Virus record (IMG/VR): IMGVR_UViG_2548876943_000002
Location: 1 to 28,906 of that record
Strand: one strand, 5' to 3'
Origin: a virus
Lineage: Duplodnaviria > Heunggongvirae > Uroviricota > Caudoviricetes
Length of the DNA: 28,906 bases
The notes beneath the pieces are model-generated. The model ran no database searches and was not told where the DNA came from. It saw nothing but the letters and a program-made list of their open reading frames with translations. The position numbers were made by a program, and so were the translations under genes. This document shows positions 1 to 7,326 of this stretch, piece after piece; within the stretch, counting starts at the first letter, position 1; each line of letters begins with the position of its first letter.

Positions 1-1
1 C

Positions 2-145
2 ATCTGCGAAAACTGCAAATACCTTCCAACGAAACGCTCCAGAAATAAACGCAAGCTAATCCCAAAAGAATCTGACGTAAAAACCTTTAATTACACGGCT
101 CACCTGTGGGATATCCGGTGGCTAAGACATCGTGCGAGGAAATGA
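2..145 (+). CDS. ninE: NinE C-terminal portion (5' truncated by window edge)
   Basis: Frame starting at nt 2 translates to [47 protein letters not shown], closely matching lambda NinE as recalled. Stop TGA at 143-145. Confidence 0.75.
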   Translation: MCENCKYLPTKRSRNKRKLIPKESDVKTFNYTAHLWDIRWLRHRARK

Positions 146-549
146 CAATGCTTTTAATTCAACCTGGATTTGGACTTAGCATCAAAAAAGGCCACATGTT
201 TGGCGAGAAAGAGTCACAACGAAAAATGGTGTCTATCCAGTTGCCATTTATCAGTATTTGTTGGCTAAACAGGGAGGCAACAAATTATTGGTATACATGC
301 GCCAGAGCAGCATTTAACGACCCTGACTGGTTTGTGAAAAACCACCACGCAGTTCGTCAGGCAAAGAGAAAGGCCAACATGACATACATGAAGGCGTATC
401 AAAAAGCATGGAAAGAACACCGCGATCGATACCAGCAAGACATGGAAAAGCTTGAATCAGAAAACATGGAATTAAGACGAAAGCTTGGTGAAGCAAAACG
501 AGACATTGATGCTTACAAGCGACTTTTTAATGGTGAAAGCCATGCTTAG
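142..549 (+). CDS. Hypothetical nin-region protein, about 135 aa, basic coiled-coil C-terminus
   Basis: ORF in the six-frame track (106..549). The ATG at 142 overlaps the ninE stop (ATGA), suggesting coupling. C-terminal heptad-like charged segment ([27 protein letters not shown]). No family recognised. Confidence 0.5.
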   Translation: MTMLLIQPGFGLSIKKGHMFGEKESQRKMVSIQLPFISICWLNREATNYWYTCARAAFNDPDWFVKNHHAVRQAKRKANMTYMKAYQKAWKEHRDRYQQDMEKLESENMELRRKLGEAKRDIDAYKRLFNGESHA

Positions 550-718
550 CCCATCCCAATCCCTTCAATACCAGAAAGAAAGCGTCGAGCGGGCTTTAAC
601 GTGCGCTAACTGCGGTCAGAAGCTGCATGTGCTGGAAGTTCACGTGTGCTCCGATTGCTGCGCAGAACTGATGAGCGATCCGAATAGCTCAATGTACGAG
701 GAAGAAGACGATGAGTGA
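542..718 (+). CDS. ninF: NinF-like small Cys-rich protein
   Basis: [50 protein letters not shown]... matches lambda NinF almost residue for residue as recalled. Internal ATG at 542 chosen rather than the track start at 485. Confidence 0.75.
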   Translation: MLSPSQSLQYQKESVERALTCANCGQKLHVLEVHVCSDCCAELMSDPNSSMYEEEDDE

Positions 719-980
719 TTTCTCTGAGCTTATTTCCTTCAAAAAAGACAGAGAAGAAATGCGGACTGAATCTGTCTATTACGTTCAACACCGGAATAAA
801 CGCTCGGTGCTTGATCAGGAGCTGGTTATTACCGGAGACCTGGCATTCAGAACATATAAGGCCAGCATGGAAATGAAGGATTTCCCTAAATGTGGTTCTG
901 AAAGAGAAGCCGCGTTAAAGCTGGCTGAGTGGATGCAGAGAATGGCTGCTGCAATTGAGAATTACTGGAGTGAACCATAA
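711..980 (+). CDS. Hypothetical nin-region protein (89 aa)
   Basis: ORF with start overlapping ninF stop (ATGA), and its stop overlapping the next start (TAATG). No recognisable family. Confidence 0.5.
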   Translation: MSDFSELISFKKDREEMRTESVYYVQHRNKRSVLDQELVITGDLAFRTYKASMEMKDFPKCGSEREAALKLAEWMQRMAAAIENYWSEP

Positions 981-1270
981 TGGCTAACCTACGCAAAGAA
1001 GCACGCGGCAGAGAATGCCAGGTACGTATTTACGGCGTATGCAATGGCAATCCTGAAACTACAGTTCTGGCACATTACCGGATGGCTGGAATTTGCGGAA
1101 CGGGAATGAAACCTGACGACCTGATCGGTGCATGGGCTTGTAGCGCGTGTCACGATGAAATCGACCGACGCACCCATAATCTCGACAACAAAGACGCCAG
1201 ACTTTACCACCTCGAAGGCGTGATCAGGACGCAGGCGATACTGCTGAAGGAGGGGAAGATTAAGTCATGA
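980..1270 (+). CDS. YbcO-like (DUF1364) putative phage nuclease, Cys/His-rich
   Basis: Sequence CNGNPETTVLAHYRMAGICGTGMKPDDLIGAWACSACHDEIDRRTH resembles DLP12 YbcO-family proteins found upstream of rusA. Confidence 0.65.
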   Translation: MANLRKEARGRECQVRIYGVCNGNPETTVLAHYRMAGICGTGMKPDDLIGAWACSACHDEIDRRTHNLDNKDARLYHLEGVIRTQAILLKEGKIKS

Positions 1271-1629
1271 ACGAATATCAGTTTGTGCTTCCATACCCGC
1301 CGTCGGTGAACACCTACTGGCGAAGACGGGGAAGCCAATACTACATCAGCGATAAAGGCCAGAAATACCGAAAAGACGTTCAGCAAATCATCCGCCAACT
1401 CAAGTTAGACATTTTCACCAAATCACGACTCCGCATAAAAGTCATCGCAGACGTTCCAGACTCCCGCCGCCGCGACCTCGATAACATCCTGAAAGGTTTA
1501 CTCGACTCCCTTATCCATGCCGGATTTGCGGAAGACGACGAGCAATTCGATGACATTCGCGTAATTCGTGGTGTGAAAGTACCAGGCGGACGGCTTGGAA
1601 TAAAAATCACCGAACTGGAGAACGTATGA
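1267..1629 (+). CDS. rusA: RusA-family Holliday junction resolvase
   Basis: 120 aa. Motifs PPSVNTYW and DSRRRDLDNILKGLLDSL, with an acidic catalytic region, match RusA. Start overlaps the previous stop. Confidence 0.85.
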   Translation: MNEYQFVLPYPPSVNTYWRRRGSQYYISDKGQKYRKDVQQIIRQLKLDIFTKSRLRIKVIADVPDSRRRDLDNILKGLLDSLIHAGFAEDDEQFDDIRVIRGVKVPGGRLGIKITELENV

Positions 1630-1814
1630 ACGCCACAATTCAAACGATACCAGAGCTTCTTATCAAGACACGAGGCAATCAGACCGAAGTGGCGAGGATG
1701 CTTTCCTGCGCAAGAGGAACGGTGCTCAAGTACAACCGAGACAGCAAAGGCGAGCGTCACGTAATAGTTAACGGCGTCCTGATGGTCACGCCAGGCAAAA
1801 AGGGAAGACGATGA
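1626..1814 (+). CDS. ninH: NinH-like small DNA-binding protein
   Basis: 62 aa; TIPELLIKTRGNQTEVARMLSCARGTVLKY...IVNGVLMV aligns with lambda NinH (…YGNQTEVARRLKCSRGTVRKY…IVNDVLMV) as recalled. Confidence 0.7.
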   Translation: MNATIQTIPELLIKTRGNQTEVARMLSCARGTVLKYNRDSKGERHVIVNGVLMVTPGKKGRR

Positions 1815-2329
1815 GCATAAGAGAGCTAAATCTCACCAAAGAACAGCACGAGTGGCTGAATGGCTGGCTTGAACTGTGGGGCGCATGGGTTTATTCAGGT
1901 CGTCTGGAAAAGCGCATGAGCAGCGTAATAGCGAAGTTCATGGAGAGCGTAGAGCCGGGAAGAGTTATGACAAGGCCAATGTGCAATGATGATGATGGAA
2001 TGTTGATTTCTCAGGTCGTCGATTCCGTCATGTACATTGACAAAAAAGCCTTTGGCATCCTCCTCAGCTACTACGCTCATGGTTCATCTAAGCGAGCAAT
2101 TGCATCCTACTATCACGCGACTGCAAAGCCACGCAAGATGTGTGGACGTGGTGGCGAGGGATGGAGAAAACCTTCACTGGCAACCTGTAGAAACGAAATT
2201 GACGACATCCTGAAAGCGTCATTATTTGTTTTATACCAGCCGATGCAAAATGCTTTCAAAATGCGTAAACGTGTTGAGAAAGTTAAGCATGTTGCTGTTA
2301 AAAGCCTTGACATGCAATTAGCCATTTAG
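1811..2329 (+). CDS. Q: Late-gene antiterminator Q (non-lambda Q family, phage 82/21-like)
   Basis: 172 aa in the canonical position just upstream of the late promoter and lysis genes. LELWGAWV and PMCNDDDGMLI motifs resemble Q antiterminators of lambdoid prophages. Start overlaps ninH stop. Confidence 0.7.
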   Translation: MSIRELNLTKEQHEWLNGWLELWGAWVYSGRLEKRMSSVIAKFMESVEPGRVMTRPMCNDDDGMLISQVVDSVMYIDKKAFGILLSYYAHGSSKRAIASYYHATAKPRKMCGRGGEGWRKPSLATCRNEIDDILKASLFVLYQPMQNAFKMRKRVEKVKHVAVKSLDMQLAI

Positions 2330-2336
2330 CCATAAT
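2307..2336 (+). promoter_or_regulatory. Candidate late promoter PR' (-35 TTGACA 2307-2312, 18-nt spacer, -10 CATAAT 2331-2336) overlapping the end of Q
   Basis: Sigma70-like hexamers read directly from the sequence; position at the Q 3' end matches lambdoid late promoter architecture. Confidence 0.45.
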
Positions 2337-2350
2337 TAGAAGGTAAGTTG

Positions 2351-2390
2351 CCGTTAGTGACTCTTAAGTTGCAACGGTGGCTTTTTTATT
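2351..2390 (+). terminator. Candidate tR'-like intrinsic terminator (CCGTT...AACGG stem then GGCTTTTTTATT)
   Basis: Inverted repeat followed by a T-run about 20-50 nt downstream of the candidate PR'. This is the Q-dependent read-through point in lambdoid phages. Confidence 0.4.
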
Positions 2391-2391
2391 T

Positions 2392-2466
2392 GGGTCAGTC
2401 GTATAAAGGTCATTACGGAAGGCTGTTAACCTTCTTATCGTGGTTCGAGTCCACGCTGTCCCGCCA
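2392..2466 (+). tRNA. tRNA-like gene, anticodon loop CUGUUAA (GUU, Asn-like); imperfect acceptor and D stems
   Basis: Manual fold: acceptor GGGTCAG/CTGTCCC (one T-T mismatch), anticodon stem GAAGG/CCTTC, T arm CGTGG-TTCGAGT-CCACG, discriminator G plus CCA. D stem only 3 bp. Confidence 0.45.
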
Positions 2467-2471
2467 AACAT

Positions 2472-2547
2472 GCTGGTTTAGCTCCAATGGTAGAGCAGTC
2501 GCCTTGTAAGCGAATGGGTAGCGGTTCAAGTCCGTTAACCAGCACCA
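2472..2547 (+). tRNA. tRNA, anticodon UGU (Thr) by manual fold
   Basis: Acceptor GCTGGTT/AACCAGC (7 bp), D arm TAGCTC..GAGCA, anticodon loop CTTGTAA, T loop TTCAAGT, 3' ACCA. One G-A mismatch at the base of the anticodon stem. Confidence 0.6.
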
Positions 2548-2790
2548 TAACTGAGCCGTAGCCACTGGCCATCCTGAATTCATCAGTGATAGTTACGCTG
2601 CGGCCTTCTACACATGACCTTCGTGAAAGCGGGTGGCAGGAGGTTGCGCTAACAACCTCACGCCGTTTTGCCCGTGCATATCGGTCACGAACAAATCTGA
2701 TTACTAAACACAGTAGCCTGGATTTGTTCTATCAGTAATCGACCTTATTCCTAATTAAATAGAGCAAATCCCCTTATTGGGGGGTAAGAC

Positions 2791-3114
2791 ATGAAGATGC
2801 CAGAAAAACATGACCTGTTAGCCGCCATTCTCGCGGCAAAGGAACAAGGCATCGGGGCAATCCTTGCGTTTGCAATGGCGTACCTTCGCGGCAGGTATAA
2901 TGGCGGTGCGTTTACAAAAACAGTAATCGACGCAACGATGTGCGCCATTATCGCCTGGTTCATTCGTGACCTTCTCGACTTCGCCGGACTAAGTAGCAAT
3001 CTCGCTTATATAACGAGCGTGTTCATCGGCTACATCGGTACTGACTCGATTGGTTCGCTTATCAAACGCTTCGCTGCTAAAAAAGCCGGAGTAGAAGATG
3101 GTGGAAATCAATAA
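2791..3114 (+). CDS. S: Class I holin S with dual-start motif (Met1-Lys2-Met3)
   Basis: Protein is nearly identical to lambda S as recalled ([39 protein letters not shown]...). Upstream CCCCTTATTGGGGGG hairpin and TAAGACATGAAGATG match the lambda sdi region. Confidence 0.9.
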   Translation: MKMPEKHDLLAAILAAKEQGIGAILAFAMAYLRGRYNGGAFTKTVIDATMCAIIAWFIRDLLDFAGLSSNLAYITSVFIGYIGTDSIGSLIKRFAAKKAGVEDGGNQ

Positions 3115-3574
3115 TCAACGTAAGGCGTTCCTCGATATGCTGGCGTGGTCAGAGGGAACTGATAACGGACGGCAGAAAACCAGAAATCATGGTTATGACG
3201 TCATTGTAGGGGGAGAGCTATTCACTGATTACTCCGATCACCCTCGCAAACTTGTCACGCTAAACCCCAAACTCAAATCAACAGCAGCCGGACGTTACCA
3301 GATTCTTTCCCGTTGGTGGGATGCCTACCGCAAGCAACTTGGCCTGAAAGACTTCTCTCCGAAAAGCCAGGACGCTGTGGCACTGCAACAGATTAAAGAG
3401 CGTGGCGCTTTACTGATGATTGATCGCGGTGATATTCGTCAGGCTATCGACCGTTGCAGCAATATCTGGGCTTCACTGCCTGGCGCTGGTTATGGTCAGT
3501 TCGAGCATAAGGCTGACAGCCTGATTGCAAAATTCAAAGAGGCTGGCGGAACGGTCAGAGAGATTGATGTATGA
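3098..3574 (+). CDS. R: Endolysin R (lytic transglycosylase)
   Basis: 158 aa, near-identical to lambda R as recalled ([49 protein letters not shown]...). Confidence 0.9.
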   Translation: MVEINNQRKAFLDMLAWSEGTDNGRQKTRNHGYDVIVGGELFTDYSDHPRKLVTLNPKLKSTAAGRYQILSRWWDAYRKQLGLKDFSPKSQDAVALQQIKERGALLMIDRGDIRQAIDRCSNIWASLPGAGYGQFEHKADSLIAKFKEAGGTVREIDV

Positions 3575-4038
3575 GCAGAGTCACCGCGATTATCTCCGCT
3601 CTGGTTATCTGCATCATCGTCTGCCTGTCATGGGCGGTTAATCATTACCGTGATAACGCCATGACCTACAAAGAGCAGCGAGATAAAAAAATCAGTGAGC
3701 TGAAGCAGGCGACCGCCACCATTACTGACATGCAGCAGCGCCAGCGTTCTGCTGATGCACTCGATGCTAAATACACGAAGGAGTTAGCTGATGCGAAAGC
3801 TGAAAATGATGCTCTTCGGCGCAAGCTTGATAATGGTGGTCGGGTGTTCGTCAAAGGAAAATGCCATATGCCATCCTCAGCCGAAACCTCCAGCGCCTCC
3901 GGCATGGGCAATGATGCCACCGTCGAACTCTCTCCAGTTGCTGGACGAAACGTTCTCGGTATCCGGGACGGAATCATCAGCGACCAAACAGCACTGAGAA
4001 CGCTTCAGGAATACATCAGGACGCAATGCCTTCGATGA
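3571..4038 (+). CDS. Rz: Spanin inner-membrane subunit Rz
   Basis: N-terminal TM ([16 protein letters not shown]), coiled-coil middle, lambda-Rz-like N-terminal half, divergent C-terminus. Confidence 0.85.
   Translation: MSRVTAIISALVICIIVCLSWAVNHYRDNAMTYKEQRDKKISELKQATATITDMQQRQRSADALDAKYTKELADAKAENDALRRKLDNGGRVFVKGKCHMPSSAETSSASGMGNDATVELSPVAGRNVLGIRDGIISDQTALRTLQEYIRTQCLR
3791..3997 (+). CDS. Rz1: Spanin outer-membrane lipoprotein Rz1, embedded in the +1 frame of Rz
   Basis: Signal peptide with lipobox (LIMVVGCSS), proline-rich mature region ([16 protein letters not shown]), entirely inside Rz in a different frame. Confidence 0.8.
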   Translation: MRKLKMMLFGASLIMVVGCSSKENAICHPQPKPPAPPAWAMMPPSNSLQLLDETFSVSGTESSATKQH

Positions 4039-4212
4039 TAGCGATAATTTTACTCATCATCCTTCACATCTGGCTCTGTAGACAGGGTGGTGATCACTTC
4101 TGGAGTGAATCCAGATTAAACATCTCATTGCTGATGCTTGATATTGAGCATCTTGCGCGCGGTAAGGGGCTGCGTTGAGATAAGAGCCAGTCATCACAAA
4201 CACCAGGATTTA

Positions 4213-4236
4213 GCCTCGCATTCGCGGGGCTTTTTA
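4213..4236 (+). terminator. Intrinsic terminator-like hairpin (GCCTCGC-ATTC-GCGGGGC then TTTTT)
   Basis: GC-rich stem with T-run read from sequence, about 175 nt downstream of Rz. Confidence 0.45.
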
Positions 4237-4256
4237 TTGCAACAAAGGTAAAGACG

Positions 4257-4544
4257 ATGGATGAAGAATATCGTAAAGACCTGCAACTGTGGTTTGGTCT
4301 TACGCATGCGCCGTTCTGCGTGATGCCGCGAGTATTCATGGAGGCTATGCCGCCAGAATGGCAAGAGAAGATGGCTCAGTTGCTTTTTGAGTATAGCGAC
4401 ACAATAAAAACGGATGTCTGCGGAGTTCACAGCTGTTTTGTTACTGCCAAAGACGGCAACAACCGCTTTATGAGGATGCCAGAAGATATTCTGAACTATC
4501 GTCATCCCCGACGTGAATTCATCGAATCATTTCTGAAGAAGTAG
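4257..4544 (+). CDS. Hypothetical phage protein (95 aa)
   Basis: ORF between lysis and packaging modules. Overlapping antisense ORFs rejected. No family recognised. Confidence 0.5.
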   Translation: MDEEYRKDLQLWFGLTHAPFCVMPRVFMEAMPPEWQEKMAQLLFEYSDTIKTDVCGVHSCFVTAKDGNNRFMRMPEDILNYRHPRREFIESFLKK

Positions 4545-4769
4545 CCATGACAAAGCCCATCTACGGGTGGGCTTGATAATGAAACCGGAATTTATTCTTG
4601 GCAACCAGTTACGGCAGTACCACGAAGCAACCCAAGCCAGTAAGTGGGGAAATAACACTGGCAGCCACTGAAAGATGAACCTCCTGCCTTATGGCAAAAA
4701 AGATTCTTTGTGGTGGCGGACTGATGGAAAGACATCCTAATCAAGCAACCACTCCACAGGGTCATAATT

Positions 4770-5126
4770 ATGAACGACCAGCAAATCGAAAAAGAAATCG
4801 TTGAGAAAGGCAAAACCGCTCCGCGAGTTACGCCTCAATATATCGAAAGCATCATTCTTGAAGAGCATTTCTTTACTGCTTATGACGGCATTCGTGCCGC
4901 CAATATGGGCGTTGGCGATTCATGGACAGCGCATAAATCTACAGACCTCCTGACTTTCTGCGTACTGGTGCTGAAGAATGGCTTCACCGTCACCGGAGAG
5001 AGTGCCTGTGCAAGCCCGGAAAACTTTGATGCAGAAATTGGTCGGAAGATTGCCCGGCAGAATGCTGTAAACAAAATCTGGATGCTCGAAGGTTACTTGC
5101 TGAAGCAGAAGCTAAGCGAACAGTAG
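4770..5126 (+). CDS. Hypothetical phage protein (118 aa), possibly N4 Gp49/Sf6 gene 66-family
   Basis: Position immediately upstream of the terminase genes in an Sf6-like module. The family assignment is from memory and not verified. Confidence 0.5.
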   Translation: MNDQQIEKEIVEKGKTAPRVTPQYIESIILEEHFFTAYDGIRAANMGVGDSWTAHKSTDLLTFCVLVLKNGFTVTGESACASPENFDAEIGRKIARQNAVNKIWMLEGYLLKQKLSEQ

Positions 5127-5229
5127 TTATTACAAAAGCCATTCCCTACAGAGTGGCTTTGATAATGGCTTATACCCTACACGGGATAACTTAACTGATA
5201 TCCCTTTTAACGGATAAACGGAGCCAATA

Positions 5230-5472
5230 ATGGCAGAGATTATTCCCATGACTGAAGAACAGAAATTCCAGTTAGAGATTTACAAACTGGTCATGAACCA
5301 GAACGCAGCCGCAGAAGAAGCATTTCAATTCATTGGCACTGACGAGCTGAAGCTTGAGCTATTCAAGATTCACTTCCAGTCAGGTGGCGCTAATTCAGAT
5401 ATCACGACCCGCACTATCGAAGCGGTGCGTAAATCGAAGGAAGCGTTAGACCTGTTCACCACCGGAGCATAA
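5230..5472 (+). CDS. Hypothetical small acidic phage protein (80 aa)
   Basis: ORF with RBS-like AACGGAG upstream, directly preceding terS with a 2-nt gap. Confidence 0.5.
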   Translation: MAEIIPMTEEQKFQLEIYKLVMNQNAAAEEAFQFIGTDELKLELFKIHFQSGGANSDITTRTIEAVRKSKEALDLFTTGA

Positions 5473-5474
5473 AC

Positions 5475-5915
5475 ATGGCGCGCCCAACAAAGTATCAAGA
5501 GGCGTACGCCGAACAGGCACGCAAACTGTGCTTGCTGGGCTACACCGATGCAGAGCTTGCTGATTTCTTCGAAGTCAGTGAGTCAACTATTAACAAGTGG
5601 AAGCTTGATTATCCTGAGTTTTCGGAGTCCATAAAAAAGGGTAAGGCCGTTGCTGATGCAGAAGTTAGTGATCGTCTTTATCAACGCGCTATGGGCTTCG
5701 TGGCTCCAGACATCGATATTCGTGTTATTGAAAACAGAATTGTCGAAACTCCGCTTGAGAAGTATTACCCGCCTGATACAACCGCCGCCATCTTCTGGCT
5801 TAAGAACCGACAGAAGGATAAATGGCGCGACAAGGTTGATCACGAGCTAACAGGCAAAGACGGCGGCGCAATTCAGATTGAAACATCACCGATGAGCACT
5901 CTATTCGGAAAATGA
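5475..5915 (+). CDS. terS: Terminase small subunit
   Basis: 146 aa. N-terminal HTH-like segment (YAEQARKLCLLGYTDAELADFFEVSESTINKW) typical of TerS. Directly upstream of terL with start/stop overlap. Confidence 0.8.
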   Translation: MARPTKYQEAYAEQARKLCLLGYTDAELADFFEVSESTINKWKLDYPEFSESIKKGKAVADAEVSDRLYQRAMGFVAPDIDIRVIENRIVETPLEKYYPPDTTAAIFWLKNRQKDKWRDKVDHELTGKDGGAIQIETSPMSTLFGK

Positions 5916-7324
5916 CCTCGATTAATCCTATCTTTGAACCGTTCATTGAGGCGCATCGCTATAAAGTCGCCAAAGGCGGTCGAGGTAGCGGTAAGTCATG
6001 GGCAATCGCGAGGCTGCTTGTTGAGGCGGCGCGTCGGCAGCCGGTGCGAATCCTCTGTGCTCGTGAACTGCAAAACAGTATCAGCGATTCGGTAATCCGG
6101 TTGCTTGAAGACACCATAGAGCGGGAAGGGTATTCGTCTGAGTTTGAAATTCAGCGTTCCATGATTCGTCATCTCGGAACGAATGCTGAGTTCATGTTCT
6201 ACGGCATCAAAAACAACCCGACGAAGATTAAATCGCTCGAAGGCATTGATATCTGCTGGGTGGAAGAAGCGGAAGCGGTAACGAAGGAATCATGGGATAT
6301 CCTGATACCAACCATCCGCAAGCCGTTTTCCGAAATATGGGTGAGCTTCAACCCTAAGAACATCCTCGACGATACCTATCAGCGATTCGTTGTAAATCCT
6401 CCCGATGATATTTGTCTGCTGACGGTGAACTACACCGACAATCCGCACTTTCCTGAAGTTCTCCGTCTGGAGATGGAAGAGTGTAAACGCAGAAATCCGA
6501 CACTGTATCGTCACATCTGGCTTGGTGAGCCAGTAAGCGCAAGTGATATGGCAATCATCAAACGTGAATGGCTTGAAGCCGCAACCGATGCGCACAAGAA
6601 ACTCGGATGGAAAGCGAAAGGCGCTGTTGTCTCTGCGCATGATCCATCAGATACAGGGCCAGATGCTAAAGGTTATGCATCGCGTCACGGTTCGGTAGTT
6701 AAGCGCATTGCCGAAGGTCTGCTGATGGACATCAACGAGGGGGCTGACTGGGCTACTTCGCTGGCGATTGAAGACGGTGCTGACCACTACTTGTGGGATG
6801 GTGATGGTGTCGGTGCAGGGCTACGCAGACAGACAACGGAAGCGTTCTCCGGTAAGAAAATCACCGCCACGATGTTCAAGGGCAGCGAATCGCCATTTGA
6901 TGAAGATGCACCATATCAGGCTGGAGCATGGGCTGATGAAGTCGTGCAGGGCGACAACGTTCGCACTATTGGCGATGTGTTCCGCAATAAGCGAGCGCAA
7001 TTCTATTACGCGCTGGCTGACAGGTTGTATCTGACATATCGGGCGGTTGTCCACGGTGAGTATGCAGACCCCGACGACATGCTGAGCTTCGACAAAGAAG
7101 CGATAGGCGAGAATATGCTGGAGAAGCTGTTTGCAGAACTGACGCAGATTCAGCGCAAATTCAATAACAACGGGAAGCTGGAGCTTATGACTAAGGTCGA
7201 AATGAAGCAGAAGCTCGGTATTCCATCTCCTAACCTGGCTGATGCGCTGATGATGTGTATGCATTGCCCGGCATTGGTCCGCGAAGAAACTGAAATATAC
7301 GTTCCCTCATCCTCCGGTTGGTAA
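5912..7324 (+). CDS. terL: Terminase large subunit (ATPase/nuclease)
   Basis: 470 aa, the same length as Sf6 gp2 as recalled. Walker A-like KGGRGSGKSWA near the N-terminus and acidic nuclease-domain motifs. Confidence 0.9.
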   Translation: MTSINPIFEPFIEAHRYKVAKGGRGSGKSWAIARLLVEAARRQPVRILCARELQNSISDSVIRLLEDTIEREGYSSEFEIQRSMIRHLGTNAEFMFYGIKNNPTKIKSLEGIDICWVEEAEAVTKESWDILIPTIRKPFSEIWVSFNPKNILDDTYQRFVVNPPDDICLLTVNYTDNPHFPEVLRLEMEECKRRNPTLYRHIWLGEPVSASDMAIIKREWLEAATDAHKKLGWKAKGAVVSAHDPSDTGPDAKGYASRHGSVVKRIAEGLLMDINEGADWATSLAIEDGADHYLWDGDGVGAGLRRQTTEAFSGKKITATMFKGSESPFDEDAPYQAGAWADEVVQGDNVRTIGDVFRNKRAQFYYALADRLYLTYRAVVHGEYADPDDMLSFDKEAIGENMLEKLFAELTQIQRKFNNNGKLELMTKVEMKQKLGIPSPNLADALMMCMHCPALVREETEIYVPSSSGW

Positions 7325-7326
7325 AC

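Noticed and set aside
106-141. Upstream ATG at 106 for the first nin-region ORF
   Set aside because: It would overlap the ninE coding frame for 36 nt; the ATG at 142, overlapping the ninE stop, is more consistent with the coupling seen elsewhere in this operon.
2627-2662. Hairpin GAGGTTG-CGCTAA-CAACCTC considered as a third tRNA or anticodon arm
   Set aside because: No flanking acceptor stem, D arm or T arm could be built; may be a tRNA remnant or RNA structure but is not a tRNA gene.
4592-4813. Minus-strand 73-aa ORF in the spacer after the 95-aa gene, at the position where lambda encodes bor
   Set aside because: No signal peptide or lipobox, no resemblance to Bor, Cys/Trp-rich low-complexity composition; likely non-coding spacer.
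6290-7264. Minus-strand ORFs (6290..6640, 6354..6554, 6821..7264) inside the terminase large subunit gene
   Set aside because: Entirely antisense to a well-supported long CDS with conserved motifs; typical shadow ORFs.
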